A stretch of 63,996 nt of DNA, the filler included, from Basidiobolus ranarum (taxonomy: Eukaryota), in NCBI GenBank assembly GCA_040143965.1. It is 3 parts of 3 records of this genome, joined end to end, with 100 filler letters (N's around TTAATTAATTAA, not from the genome) between each part and the next. Parts side by side here need not be neighbours in the genome. Positions count along the whole stretch, not along the records: positions 42,951 to 63,996 come from JASJQH010000214.1; 2 more parts are not named here. One strand, given 5' to 3'. Both the position numbers and the translations under genes were made by a program. Positions 52,186 to 63,996 of this stretch are shown piece by piece. The number at the start of each line of letters is the position of its first letter. Within the stretch, counting starts at the first letter, position 1. The notes below the pieces were generated by a model. The model was not told where the DNA came from. It was given only the letters and a program-made list of their open reading frames with translations, and searched no databases.

Positions 52186-55100
52186 ATGCTGAGTGATTCA
52201 AATGAATGTGCTGAGACCTCGCATCTAGAGTCACTACAAACAATATACGACGCGATCAAACAGGACGATGTGCCCACGCTATGGAAGCTACTTGAAGAGC
52301 ACTCCTACGACCTTAACAACATTCGGAACTCTAATGGAAGAACCCCGTTATCTGCCGCCGTTACCTCCAACAGTCTTAAAATGGCATCCTACCTTTGCTC
52401 ATTGAGACCTGTCAAGTTAGATCATAAAGGTATCTAAACCCCATTGGAATCTCTTTCATAAACCAGTTCAGTAATAACCGTTTCGATAGATGACGAAGGC
52501 CAGACAGCTCTTCATTATGCTTGCAATTTTGGCCAGGTGAAAGCTGCCAAGCTTCTGATTCAAGCTGGGGCTGATGTGAACGTAAAGAACAACGTACGTA
52601 CTTATAAATTTTGCTCTATGCTACTCCTCCTTTATCTTACAACCTTTGAAGGAAGGGATGACCCCCTTGATCATTGTAGCCTACAATGGATTCGTCTCGT
52701 TGTCTACACTACTACTAAAACATGGCAAGGCAAAGATCAACTCCAGAGATTCTACCTCCAAGTCTGCTCTCATGATGGCAAGTTATGCAGGTCACTTTGG
52801 GGTCGTAGAGGCATTGATTAAATACAAAGCAAGTGTGGATTTAACCGATAAGGTAATGTTTTTGTTGTTGAACTTATCTTTCGAGTTCGGTTCTAACCAA
52901 TCTTTAAATTGTAATTAGTTTGGTTGGAGTGCCTTAATGTTAGCTGCGTTCTCAGGACAGCATGCTATCTGTAGTCGACTTCTGACTGCCGGCGCAGACC
53001 CTTCCATCGAGGCTTTAAACGGCAAAACTGCATTGGATTTAGCCTTTAGTGCTGGTCAAACAAAAACAGCTAGACTGTTATCAAAATATATTAAAAAGAA
53101 TAATCCTTCATTTTCAAACAAAGACTTTACAGCTGGTACTTCTTATGGAGAATTATCAATCGATCACCCCGAATACTCAGCACCCTCTCAACAGCGACCT
53201 CAACAGGAGAGAACGAATTCTCATATCAATAAAGAGTTCTCCTCATCATTGTCCGACACGATGCAAAAGGCAGTACCAGGGTACAACGACCCACTTTTAG
53301 CCGAGCCAGACCCACCGTCTAATACATACATGCTTCAAACCTTATACACACCTGCCCAACCTCATCGCCCACCGCAACTACCCTCGTTCTCCCCGTTTGT
53401 TCAGAGGATGAGTAGATCCCTACGAAGGCGAACACTAAAGACACTACCTAACAGGTCTTTACCGAACGCCTCTCGACGGGAAGCCCGAGATCACCCAAAT
53501 ATGAAGACCTCGTGGGATGATCAACTAAACAGAGATGATAGTCCAAGAACTAGCAAATGGCGGTCTTGCTCTCAGGTGCTCACTTTCTGTTGCTGTAACG
53601 TGTGTTTGAAGAGCCTCTGGAAGATGAATAATCCAGATATCATACAGGCTTGGAGGGAGAAGGCCGCACTGTGCCTTATCATCATATTAATATCAGGATT
53701 TCTTGGGTTCGTTACGTTCGGATTTGCTCAATTAGTGTGTACAAAGAACGTACCTATTTTCCCAGACGATGTACTCAATAGGTATGGCCCAGATTCCAAA
53801 GATATGCAGTTGATGATTGTTCGTGGTAGACTTTACAATGTCCGAGATTATTTTAAATTTCAATTTCATCGACCGATCCTTCCCCTCAAAGATGAAGACT
53901 TACAACCCTTGATTGAGTCGTTGATCGGCAAGGACGTTAGTGATTTTTTCCCCTCAGACCCAGAAAGATCGCTATGTAAAAAATGGCCAATGAAAACCCC
54001 TACATGTCAACTCCTAAACAAGGACTCCAAGCTACACTGCCATACAAGCCGAAATGCTCGACGAGATTTGGAGGAGCTAAGTATTAGCAACTATGTGGCT
54101 TTCTCTTGGTCCAGGATCAAGGATCGAGAAAGGAAGTTATTCGTATATAACGAAAAAGTCTACTCACTAGAGAAATATCTATCGAAGAATGAATCCTACT
54201 TTGGAAATATTAATGAGCAATTAATGCGATTTGTGGGTCGAGATGCTACTCTCGACATCCTCAGGGATCGCAATCTTGTGGAATTGATTCCTTGTTTCAA
54301 CGACCAACTTCTAGTGGGGAAAGTAGATGGAACAACACTTGGCTGCTTTGCCTCTAATGTGATTGTGATAACTTGCTCCACTGTACTTTTCTGTATAATA
54401 TTTTTCAAATATGTTTGTTCCGTATTATTTAGTTGGATAGCATCCCGATCAAACAATCATAAATCACCGAAAACAAAAGGAATGGGAGATATGGATAAGA
54501 GTGACTTGACCTATATAATTATGTTGGTTACCTGCTATTCAGAAAGTGAGAAATCTATTCGAGCCACACTAGATTCGTTAGCTTTATCAACCTACGACGA
54601 TAGCCATAAACTACTGTTTATTGTTTGCGATGGAGATGTCACTGGCTCCGGAAATGATAGATCTACACCGGATATCGCACTATCTATGCTAGAACCATTA
54701 GATTTACAACTCCTTTCTCCTGAACCTATGCCTTACATTTCAATAGGTCAGGGTTCGAAGAGAAAGAACATGGCCAAAGTTCATGTTGGCTTCTACTGCT
54801 GTCAAGGACGTCGAGTTCCCATGGTAATTGTAACGAAATGTGGAGTTGGAGTGGAAAGAAAGAAACCTAAAGCTGGAAACCGTGGAAAACGCGATTCTCA
54901 GCTTATTCTCATTCAATGGCTGAGCAAAATATGTATTAACGGAAAACTGACACCGCTGGAGTTTGAACTCTTTGAAAAGATAGGAAGATTGATGGAAACA
55001 AGTCCTGATAAATTTGAAATCGTCCTGATGGTTGACGCTGATACTTACGTCGAACCGGATAGTGTTACAATCATGGTTGATGCTATGAATAAAGACCCTA

Positions 55101-56490
55101 TGGTAATGGGCTTATGTGGTGAAACTAAGGTTGCAAACAAACGAAAATCTTGGGTGACAATGATTCAGGTACAGCATTTCTGCTTGTGATTGATGTTTAC
55201 ATCCCAAACTAATACAACATTCTATGGGCTCTAGGTTTATGAATACTACACATCCCATCATCTTGGAAAGGCGTTTGAGTCATCTTTGGTGGAGTTACTT
55301 GTCTGCCTGGATGTTTCTGCATGTACCGCATCAAAGCTCCAAAGCAAGACAATCAAAGTGTCCCTATCCTGGCGAATCCGGAGATTGTCTTTGCCTACTC
55401 TACCAATGTTGTAGACACACTTCACAAGAAAAACTTGCTATTACTCGGAGAGGATAGATATTTGACTACTCTAATGCTTCGAACTTTTCCAAAGAGAAAA
55501 CTCATCTTCGTATCAAAAGCCGTATGCAAAACCGCAGTACCCGAGGACTTCAAAGTACTTTTAAGTCAACGTCGCCGGTGGATCAATTCCACCGTTCACA
55601 ATTTGCTAGAGTTGATGCTAGTGTCAGAATTGTGCGGGATCTTTTGCTGTTCCATGCAATTCTTTGTTACCATGGAGCTTATTCAAACCATCACTATGCC
55701 TTCATCGTGTATACTTCTGATGTATTTGATTGTTAAGGTCGCTTCTGGTGCTGATGTTCTCTTGCCCTTGATATTCTTAGGATCCATCTTTCTTCTGCAA
55801 TCAGTTGTCATTCTGCTTACAACTCGAAAGTTTATATATTTGCTTTGGATGATTGTATTCATTCTAGCTACACCAGTCTGGAATCTAATATTACCAATCT
55901 ATGCATTTTGGCATTTTGATGATTTTAGCTGGGGAGCCACTCGTAAACTTAGCTCTAATGTTAAAGGTGAAAGTCAAACTGAGGAGGAAGATATCGAGCA
56001 TCTTGACAACGAAATTCTTGAAAAGTACTGGACTGAATGGAAGGACGAAATGGGAACAAGTGCTCAACCCCACAAAGCCATTCAAAATTGCGACCCACTT
56101 TCCAATCAAGTTATGTTGACTCATGCACCACAACCTCGTATATCACCTGTATACAATGCTTCTGAAGCTAGTCCGCAATCACCCATTAGATTTGACGTAC
56201 CTTTCCTTCACAATCACTCAACAAACGAAACCCAGCACGCGGAATATTTACATAAATCTAGCCATCGAGCATCAGCTTTTCATCGGTTGAGTCAACCTAT
56301 ATCTACATACATGCCAGGATTCACGTCAAATCATTATCCTCAGTTCAGTGACCCTTCTAGCTCGACAAACAACTCGGTTACTCTACCAACTCGAGCGTTG
56401 AACCGAAGAAGTCGTTTGATTGGGCCTCGAGCGATGAGCACACCCTCAAGTCCTCGACATTATGACTATCTTTCTTGGAATCCTAGCTGA
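52186..56490 (+). CDS. Division-2 (class IV/V-like) chitin synthase with N-terminal ankyrin repeats; 1-nt frameshift near 55281; start may be 51898
   Basis: Ankyrin repeats GRTPLS, GQTALH, GMTPLI, GWSALM and GKTALD, then AWREKAALC, a b5-like segment, [51 protein letters not shown] and FDDFSWG. Confidence 0.92.
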
Positions 56491-56910
56491 TTCTTGTATA
56501 ATTACCTTAATCATCTGTCATCTTTTGTATGCATGCTAAGTGACGTCGTATGCAGGCTAGGTGACGCCCGTGATTTCAATACTATTAGAACTCCATAATC
56601 TACCTGCACAAATGATTAGCGAGTAGAGAGCATTTCAATCTCCTCGAACATATTTCAAATTTGGTTTTCATAGTTTAATATCATCACATCTCTTCTACTT
56701 TGTAAAAATTTCAGTTCATCCATTCATGAATTTTATTGTGATACATTTATCCTTACCTCAAGTAGAATCTAAATATATGGTAAAGTTCATTGCCTTCCTT
56801 TATTTTGAAACTACAGAAACTACAAAATAAACGCACACTTTGTGATAATTCAACCTGACTCTGTTATTTCTACAAACACCCAGACCTAATTGTTCAGATG
56901 ACTGTTCCGA

Positions 56911-58375
56911 TAACCCTAACCCTATTCCATCAGTAAGAACAGCTGGATTGGCTCAGTGCTGATTATTAAGCACAATCACTTCCAAAACCGGATTGCAGCA
57001 GAGTATAATTCGAATTGTCCTAGACTCTGAACAACAAAGAGGGGATTTCATTCTGGAACAAAACACTTGTTTCGTCAACATTCACAATCTATACATATCC
57101 GAATCTTTTGCCCACCGAAAGGATCTCAAAGCACGGATCTTTCTTAATGGAAGTTGCAAGGTAGCGGGCCTAAACAAATGCTTATTGGAGGGAGAATGCA
57201 TATCTGTATAACTATCGTACACTCGACACTCGATTCGGAATTACCTCATACTTACTCCGTATCCACATGAATCATCCCAACCCTAACCCTAAGAGTTTGG
57301 ACTTGTCCTTGATTAAGACACTGTAGCACCGAAGTTTATAATGCAATATACAATAGCAATCTAGCCCTAAGTTGGTGATCTTTCAATGTTGAGCTCCAAT
57401 TTAAAACAGAGTCCGTAGTCCAAACCCTGCACTTACTCTGGCCCTGTACCCCTAAATGAAAGCATTGTTATCAAAGCCCTAATCCTAGAGATTTCTCACT
57501 TCTCGACAAATCAGAGACTAATTAACTAAATAGATATCTCCCGGCCTCCTTGATTGGACAGGTCGAGTAAAATCAGCTGTACCTACCACAGCAGTGCGAT
57601 TGATGAATGAAGAAAAGCTAATGGAAAGCTAATGGCTGAATGGGAGTGCAAGTACGAATACGAATGTGAATAATGCATCTAGAATGAGCATATGTTTGGT
57701 GTCAATGAGGTCCTTGAAATCCCATATAGCGTATGAAACGTGCTTGGAAATGAATATCTTATGACATTCCGCGTGACAGGGGTACGCTGCGACATCATGG
57801 AAAACAGTCACGACCTGTGCCAAGTAACACTCCAACACTCATTCTCTAACAAGCCCAACCAGCTCGGGTACATCCCAAGAGTGACCCTCAAAGCACAAAC
57901 CCTAAATCTATGGGTGTTGATCATGATTCAACCATTACGGCGGTGAGCAACCCTAACCCTCCCTGGTTTGGGTTGAATCAAATCCCATTGCAAACTGACG
58001 CCGTACAAGTCCTAGCCCCTCCTTCAGTTTAATCAAACGGCGGCTCAGAAACCCTAACCCTGGCTGGGATGATTGGCTCTTCAGGAGAGTGTGCGTTTCC
58101 CAAAGCCAATCATCCTGACCATGTTAGGAAGGTCGTTTCGTTTCTAATGGAAGATAAAATGGAAATTGAGATTGTTTCGATTTCGTCAATAGGCCTGTTT
58201 CCCACTTGGGCTATCAAATGACCACCTCTGGCCTGATTGGTCACACGCTGTGTAATAGGAAAGATAATCAAATCCCTGTCTCTTCATTTTCATTCTCATG
58301 AAACGAGATGATTGCTTTCGGCAAGCGCATCTCCGAGTAATCAAACCTAAGCAAAAGCACTTACCCTAACCCTAA
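56911..58375 (+). promoter_or_regulatory. Cluster of telomere-like (telo-box) CCCTAA motifs interspersed with CCAAT boxes upstream of the cyclin gene
   Basis: CCCTAACCCT near 56914, 57281, 57951, 58052 and 58364; single CCCTAA near 57365, 57450, 57478 and 57900; GATTGG/CCAAT near 56946, 57552, 58071, 58106, 58235, 58412 and 58550. Confidence 0.55.
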
Positions 58376-58982
58376 GCACCCCTTTGCCGATTTGGTAATC
58401 CACATATCTCTAAACATCGTGGATTGGGGCCTTTTTTGCAAACTGGAAAGAGAGTACGGAGCGTACGAAACGCTTGGGTTAAGGTGGACTAAGGCGGAAA
58501 TTCAACTACAGGCTTCCACATATTTCACGCATCTCAAATCCGATCCTGGCCAATGGCTGTCGCCCACTCGCCAAACTTTTAATCAAGTGTCTCTATGTAC
58601 AAACACCTCTGATCCAATTACGTAGATTCAATAATGGAATATTATCCGCAGACTAGCCCGCAGGTTGGTTGAATCAATCGAAATCTGGGTAAAAATAAGC
58701 AGAAGTAAACAAAAATAGGCAGAAGTGGCCGTGGATGGAATAAAAGCTGTTATCCATCTTTTTTTGATTCTAAATTTATACTTGCGAAGGCTCCACTCAA
58801 TCATCACACTATATAATCCTCTCGCCAGCCCTATTGACAGACTGTTCAGTGCCATTCATTTTTTGGTTGTATAAGACACCAATAGCTTTACGTTTATTGA
58901 CATCATAAAATCAAAGATTTTGTAGACTGCTAGCAATCCAGTTAGATCCATCTTCCTTTCGGATTAACACAATCTTTCCATC

Positions 58983-59975
58983 ATGTACTCGAATATGTCT
59001 GACTCCTCACTTCTTAGCATATCTGACACTCTTGCTTGCTATTCTCTTAGCAAACATTGCTCCGCTTTACAGATACCGTCCACCCTCCCACCACTTCGCT
59101 ATGCTCAAAGCCTAGAGCCACGAACACCTTCACCTACTCCTTCTTTTGACACACCAACAAACGACAGTACATATCTTGCCGACTTCGCTGCCCAGACTGT
59201 ATATCATTTGTGGTATGGTAAAAGTAGATATACTGACGTATCGTCAAGCTTTCGCCGCTTCTGTCTTGATATCTTAAAGGCTGCCTCAATCACCCCCAGC
59301 GGTGTTGCCCTTACTCTCAAGTACATTCATCGCTTCACCACTTTGAATCCTTATATCCGCGGCCGACAAGGTTCAGAATTTCGCATATTTACTGTAGCGT
59401 TGATGCTATCGAACAAGTACCTCGAAGACCATACCTACACCAATAAGACCTGGTCCGATATTTCGGGTATGACGTTAGAAGAGTTGAATTTAATGGAACT
59501 TGAGTTTCTCACTTGTATCAATTTCCACGTCCATGTCACCGAGCTGGAATTTGGTACTTGGCTGGATACACTTGAAAATTTCACTTTTATGAACGGTGAA
59601 AGGTGGTTAGTTCACAGCTTTGGAGTCTTTTTACAAGACGATTTGGTGCGACAACAGCGTTTCGAACATAGACGTAGTGAGCTACAACGCCAAGACGAAC
59701 GTCAAAGGCGCCAAAAAGCCCAGCAACGTATGAACGCTCATTCGGGATACGTACACCATTGGCAACAAGCCTTACTTCAAGATACCCTGCACAAAACCAT
59801 GGGCCACAAGCTACTGGTGCGGTCCCCCAGAAATACCACATCGCCGCTACTATATGGATTAAATGCTTACAAAGTCTCTTCACCCAGTTGTGTTGACCTC
59901 ACCTATCCTCAAGATTTGACTTATTCCAATTTTAGTCAGTATTATCCGCTTCCCGTCAACGGTTTTGCTATGTAA
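58983..59975 (+). CDS. PCL/PHO80-type cyclin (Clg1/Mug80-like), intronless
   Basis: Cyclin box FRRFCLDILKA...LTLKYIHR...GSEFRIFTVALMLSNKYLEDHTYTNKTWSDISGM...ELNLMELEFL. Confidence 0.9.
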   Translation: MYSNMSDSSLLSISDTLACYSLSKHCSALQIPSTLPPLRYAQSLEPRTPSPTPSFDTPTNDSTYLADFAAQTVYHLWYGKSRYTDVSSSFRRFCLDILKAASITPSGVALTLKYIHRFTTLNPYIRGRQGSEFRIFTVALMLSNKYLEDHTYTNKTWSDISGMTLEELNLMELEFLTCINFHVHVTELEFGTWLDTLENFTFMNGERWLVHSFGVFLQDDLVRQQRFEHRRSELQRQDERQRRQKAQQRMNAHSGYVHHWQQALLQDTLHKTMGHKLLVRSPRNTTSPLLYGLNAYKVSSPSCVDLTYPQDLTYSNFSQYYPLPVNGFAM

Positions 59976-62900
59976 CTTCACCATTCTTGTTGTTGGAAGA
60001 TGACCGTTCGTTCAACTTTTATGAACCATTCATTTCATTCAAGTGTCATATTTCCAGATAACATTCCTACCCGGAATGGAAACGTACATAGTAGCACTTC
60101 AACGTATTTCGTGGGAGTTGTAATTTAGCCATACATAAATATATCAAATCCTCCGCGTAGATGATTCAATCAATAATCACATCTCTCACGAATACGTCCC
60201 CCACTATTGCGAGTGCTTTTAGAACCAGGAGTGATAGCATCAATCCAACCACTGCCACAATTCTTTATGAATGTAGAATAGCACATCTCCCTTCACTCTC
60301 ACTAATATAATGCTTCACCCATACTATATGATTACCTTCGTTTGGATTTCTTGACATCCAAATGACCACCTGAATTTAGGAATTTAGGGGGAAACCTCTA
60401 GAGTCTGTATATTTTCCCCCCAGAGTAATGATTTCCTCCTGCGAAATTGAGCCATTTTTCATCACCACATGTTGTACTTGTAATGAACCGAATAGAAACC
60501 ACTTTTACCCATGTTTATTGAGCCTACTTGATATCTGAAGTAGTATGACTGCAGATGATTTCCCACATCTCTGCCCAAACAATCCGTCCCATCCAGAAAC
60601 ATGTTAGGTGTGTGAATGATTGGAGATCCCACTCAAACTACCCATCATTATTCATACATTATCCTCGCTCTCACTCTGATCCTCATGCTTATGTACATCC
60701 AAATTAGGCTATATTCTGATCTTTTTCTCTCTCCGCCATTCTATTCGTATTATCAGTAAGCAGTCATGTCTAGATCATGATGTATCTATTCCAGTATCTA
60801 TAATGTATTCTATTATCAATTTTGTATGGATGTTACATATGGATGATATCGGTGAGCAATTCGGAAGCTCGGGTTTCAAGATCCACTCCACTAGATTTGG
60901 GGATATCAACAATAAGCGGATCATTATATACTCTTTTGGTGATGGGTTTGGTTTCATTCTACATTGATTTACTAAATCCTCATTAAGGGCACAATCAGGT
61001 ACTTCCAGCATCGCTTACCCACATGATTCGTCCAGATGGCTGGATTAGGTGCTAAAGTGGTGGTAAGTGGACGTTTTTAGACTCATTTTAAATGCCTATC
61101 ATTTTATCCACCGACCCTCATTTTATCCATCATCTACGTGTCATCATTATGTATCCGGGGTAGATGTGGCGGTGGTTAGGGTTATGATTGTTGAAGGGAG
61201 GTGACAGTGTATAGGTTAGGTATTATCATCGCTAAATCTGGGTAGAATATGGAATTTATGGAAATGATACGTAAACCATCCAAAACCACCCAAAATAAGA
61301 GATCAGGATATTTGATCAGCTCCATGATTAGGAATTTTGCCAAGCTGGCTTGACTCTACTCAGGTTAATCACATTAGTTATGCATATTTCTTAAACAACA
61401 ATGGGGCGGGCAGGGGCTAGTTTCGTGGTATTTATGTCAACTCGGTGCAGCGATTGTTTACAGATCCATGTTCTTTAACCATTACATATCAGTGAATATA
61501 TGTCATGGTGTGATTTATCTCAATATGCGAGTTGACATCCATGTGTCATACAGCTAGCACAAGGATAGAGTCTCACATTAAATCTTTTAATATCAATATC
61601 CAGTCTCAGAGATTTAATCCATCGAGTAATTTTAGATATCCATCGACCAAGGAAATAAGTGTAGATAAATTTAGGCTTGTCAAAGGAGTCATACTGAACA
61701 CATGCTCCACAGCATGGGAAAATGCAAAGGATGTCAATGTTCCCTTCGACATTTGTAATGGTTGTAGTTTATATTTGCTCTTGTACCATATATACACCAT
61801 GTACCATAGAACATATAAAGCAATATAGTATAATTTATCACCTTAAATAATCGATACTGGATCTTCATGTTCCCTTTTATCCTGCTTTGATCCTCATTTT
61901 GTTCCGTTTTATCCTTCTTCCCTTTCGGCTACGCTCATTGCATTATCTCAAAAATCAGTATTGCTAATGAAATCCCCTCCACCACCCATGTGCCTTTTGT
62001 GACTCTAGTTCTCCCATTCAAGAGTTGATATTACCGTAGATGAACAACCAATCATGGTAATGAACCCCAAATCCTGCAGCTGAACATTCCGGCCCAACTA
62101 TTGATACGGATGAGGGAAAATGAGGGCCTACATTCTTTGTCATAAATATGCATATGCAATCGGCGAAATGGTAGCCAAATGAGATAGCACTTAATTTTCG
62201 ATGTATGGTGTATGGATTGTTCGTCAACCAGTCTTTCTAAACTGCTAATTACTTAACCCCCTAAAATTCACTTGAAATGAAACTATTAGATTATTATGGT
62301 TTTCATATGCATCTTTATTTCCCGCCAACAAATATTAACCCCCCTTTTTTGGAATACCAATCCTTGCTTAGCGGCATCGTTCTAGCCATCATAAATCCAC
62401 ACTTCATCTACAGGTATGTACTGATAATATGTAATGACTATACGGGAATTATGTATCCAGGCCATCCACTGTCACCTCATTTCGTTTCAGTTCAAAAATT
62501 TTGCACTTCTATGCCTCTGGGAGGTGCTGTTACACATGTAACATATCTAAATTGGGATTTCAGGATATAATCATATACTGCGGGCAAACCATCCATTATT
62601 AACCATAAGTATCTCTTTCACATGCACAAACACCAACTATTAGAAGATATCTCCATCATTTCACTACTACAAAATTATGCATATTAATTTGATTGCTATT
62701 ATTTCTCAGCTAGAAAATCATGCACATTATGCGCAGAAAGTATACCAAATAATTAACATTATTCTGTATACTCAATAGCGTCACAACAGAGCACTTATTA
62801 CTACGATCTATCGATTCTCCATGTTTTTGCTTACCAGTTAGATCACAGCAGCAATTAGCTATTCCATACCATCTACTTTACAAGACTCTGAATACTAATA

Positions 62901-63996
62901 AATTAACTTTCTTGGTATATATTATATCAAGGTATCAAAGCATAAGCTATGGGCTTCTAATAAGCTTCATGGAATATAGCGTTCCTGTTTCGATATAAAG
63001 TAATTCGTTTAAATGGGAAACATTAGCAATAAAACCGTCATATTCAACACAGAACATCAAAGACATTTGAGTTGCATCAAGTTATAGGTTAATAAATACC
63101 TACCCCTAATCACCTAGACCTGATCATCTCAAGCATATCCACTATTTAAGCACTTATAATATTAAAATATGGATCAATATAGGATGTACCTAATAGTCAC
63201 TGACTGAACTAGATTCTTTGGAAGTACTACATGAAGAAATGAATTCGAAGCTCTAGATGAATTCTTGAATCCAAAGTCAATATTGGTAAATGGGCAGATG
63301 ATAACAATGACTTGATTGTATACCAAGAGTACCAAGAAAATTAGAGGGTCCTGTTGTAATTATCTCGTCTGGTTTGAAAAAGTTTGGTCTTCAATATTTT
63401 TCTTTTTGTTGTGATATGAAACTATTCGTTCACAATGTCATCTCCATATTTAGTTCAACTGCAATCAGTAGTTAGTGAATAGTTGTAAATGGAGTCATTC
63501 TCAATGTCATGCATTCTCTTTGAATATTCTTCAGTCAAATATATGTTGAAATAGTAAAATTAACCACCTAAATATTCATGTGCTGTTTAGCATACTTGTT
63601 GCATATTCACTTAATATCTCACAAGTGAAAACCATTGTATACTCAGGATATATTTGACAAATGTCAGAAATGTTCAGACAAAATAGGTAATCACACTTTT
63701 GTTGAAATTAGCATTGCCTAAACACCTATATAGTCATATATAGCTTAGTACTTAGTTATCTTATAATTCACTAAGATATTATCAATTATTCTCAATTGGA
63801 ATTTACTTGGAATATTGACACCAACTTAGAAGTTCTCAGATATATAGATTTTTCAAACTTGTGCTAGAAGCCCCAAACTTTGCATACATGTTTCTGGGAC
63901 CTTCCTTAACATATTCTACACGTTAGTTTATTTACATCTTGACAAAACTATAAATGTCAACTTTCTACTCAATAAATCAATAAGTGAAAACCACCA

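Noticed and set aside
60000-63996. 4-kb gene-free tail with short ORFs
   Set aside because: No motifs, RNA genes or repeats recognised; the ORFs look like chance.

Overview
AT-rich, intron-dense nuclear DNA from an early-diverging fungus. The gene set (CHS7, KRE6, GID4, nuclear ATP1, MT-A70/p1-like 6mA machinery) and several U12-type introns suggest Zoopagomycota/Mucoromycota, most like Basidiobolus; this assignment is an inference. The window is not one locus. Two identical artificial 100-bp spacers (44 N + TTAATTAATTAA + 44 N) join three contigs: 1-21385, 21486-42850 and 42951-63996. About 23 mostly housekeeping genes were reconstructed by hand across introns, including RPD3, POL3, GID4, NDUFS5, RPL32, RPT6, FIP1, CDC55, MRPL19, cyclophilin, ATP1, CLP1, LSM7, CHS7, a chitin synthase and a PCL-type cyclin. 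Most notable observations: (1) a continuous gene model fusing a p1-like homeobox/Myb domain of the MTA1c DNA 6mA methyltransferase complex to an MTA9/AMT6/7-like MT-A70 domain that has an intact DPPW motif; (2) an ankyrin-repeat chitin synthase head-to-head with its export chaperone CHS7, carrying a 1-nt frameshift; (3) four minor-spliceosome (U12) introns, two of them AT-AC; (4) a truncated DNA polymerase delta copy with a premature stop, abutting a decayed gene; (5) a one-strand cluster of telomere-like CCCTAACCCT motifs with a hairpin upstream of the cyclin. No tRNA, rRNA, CRISPR array or intact mobile element was recognised. Family assignments come from motif recognition, not database searches.
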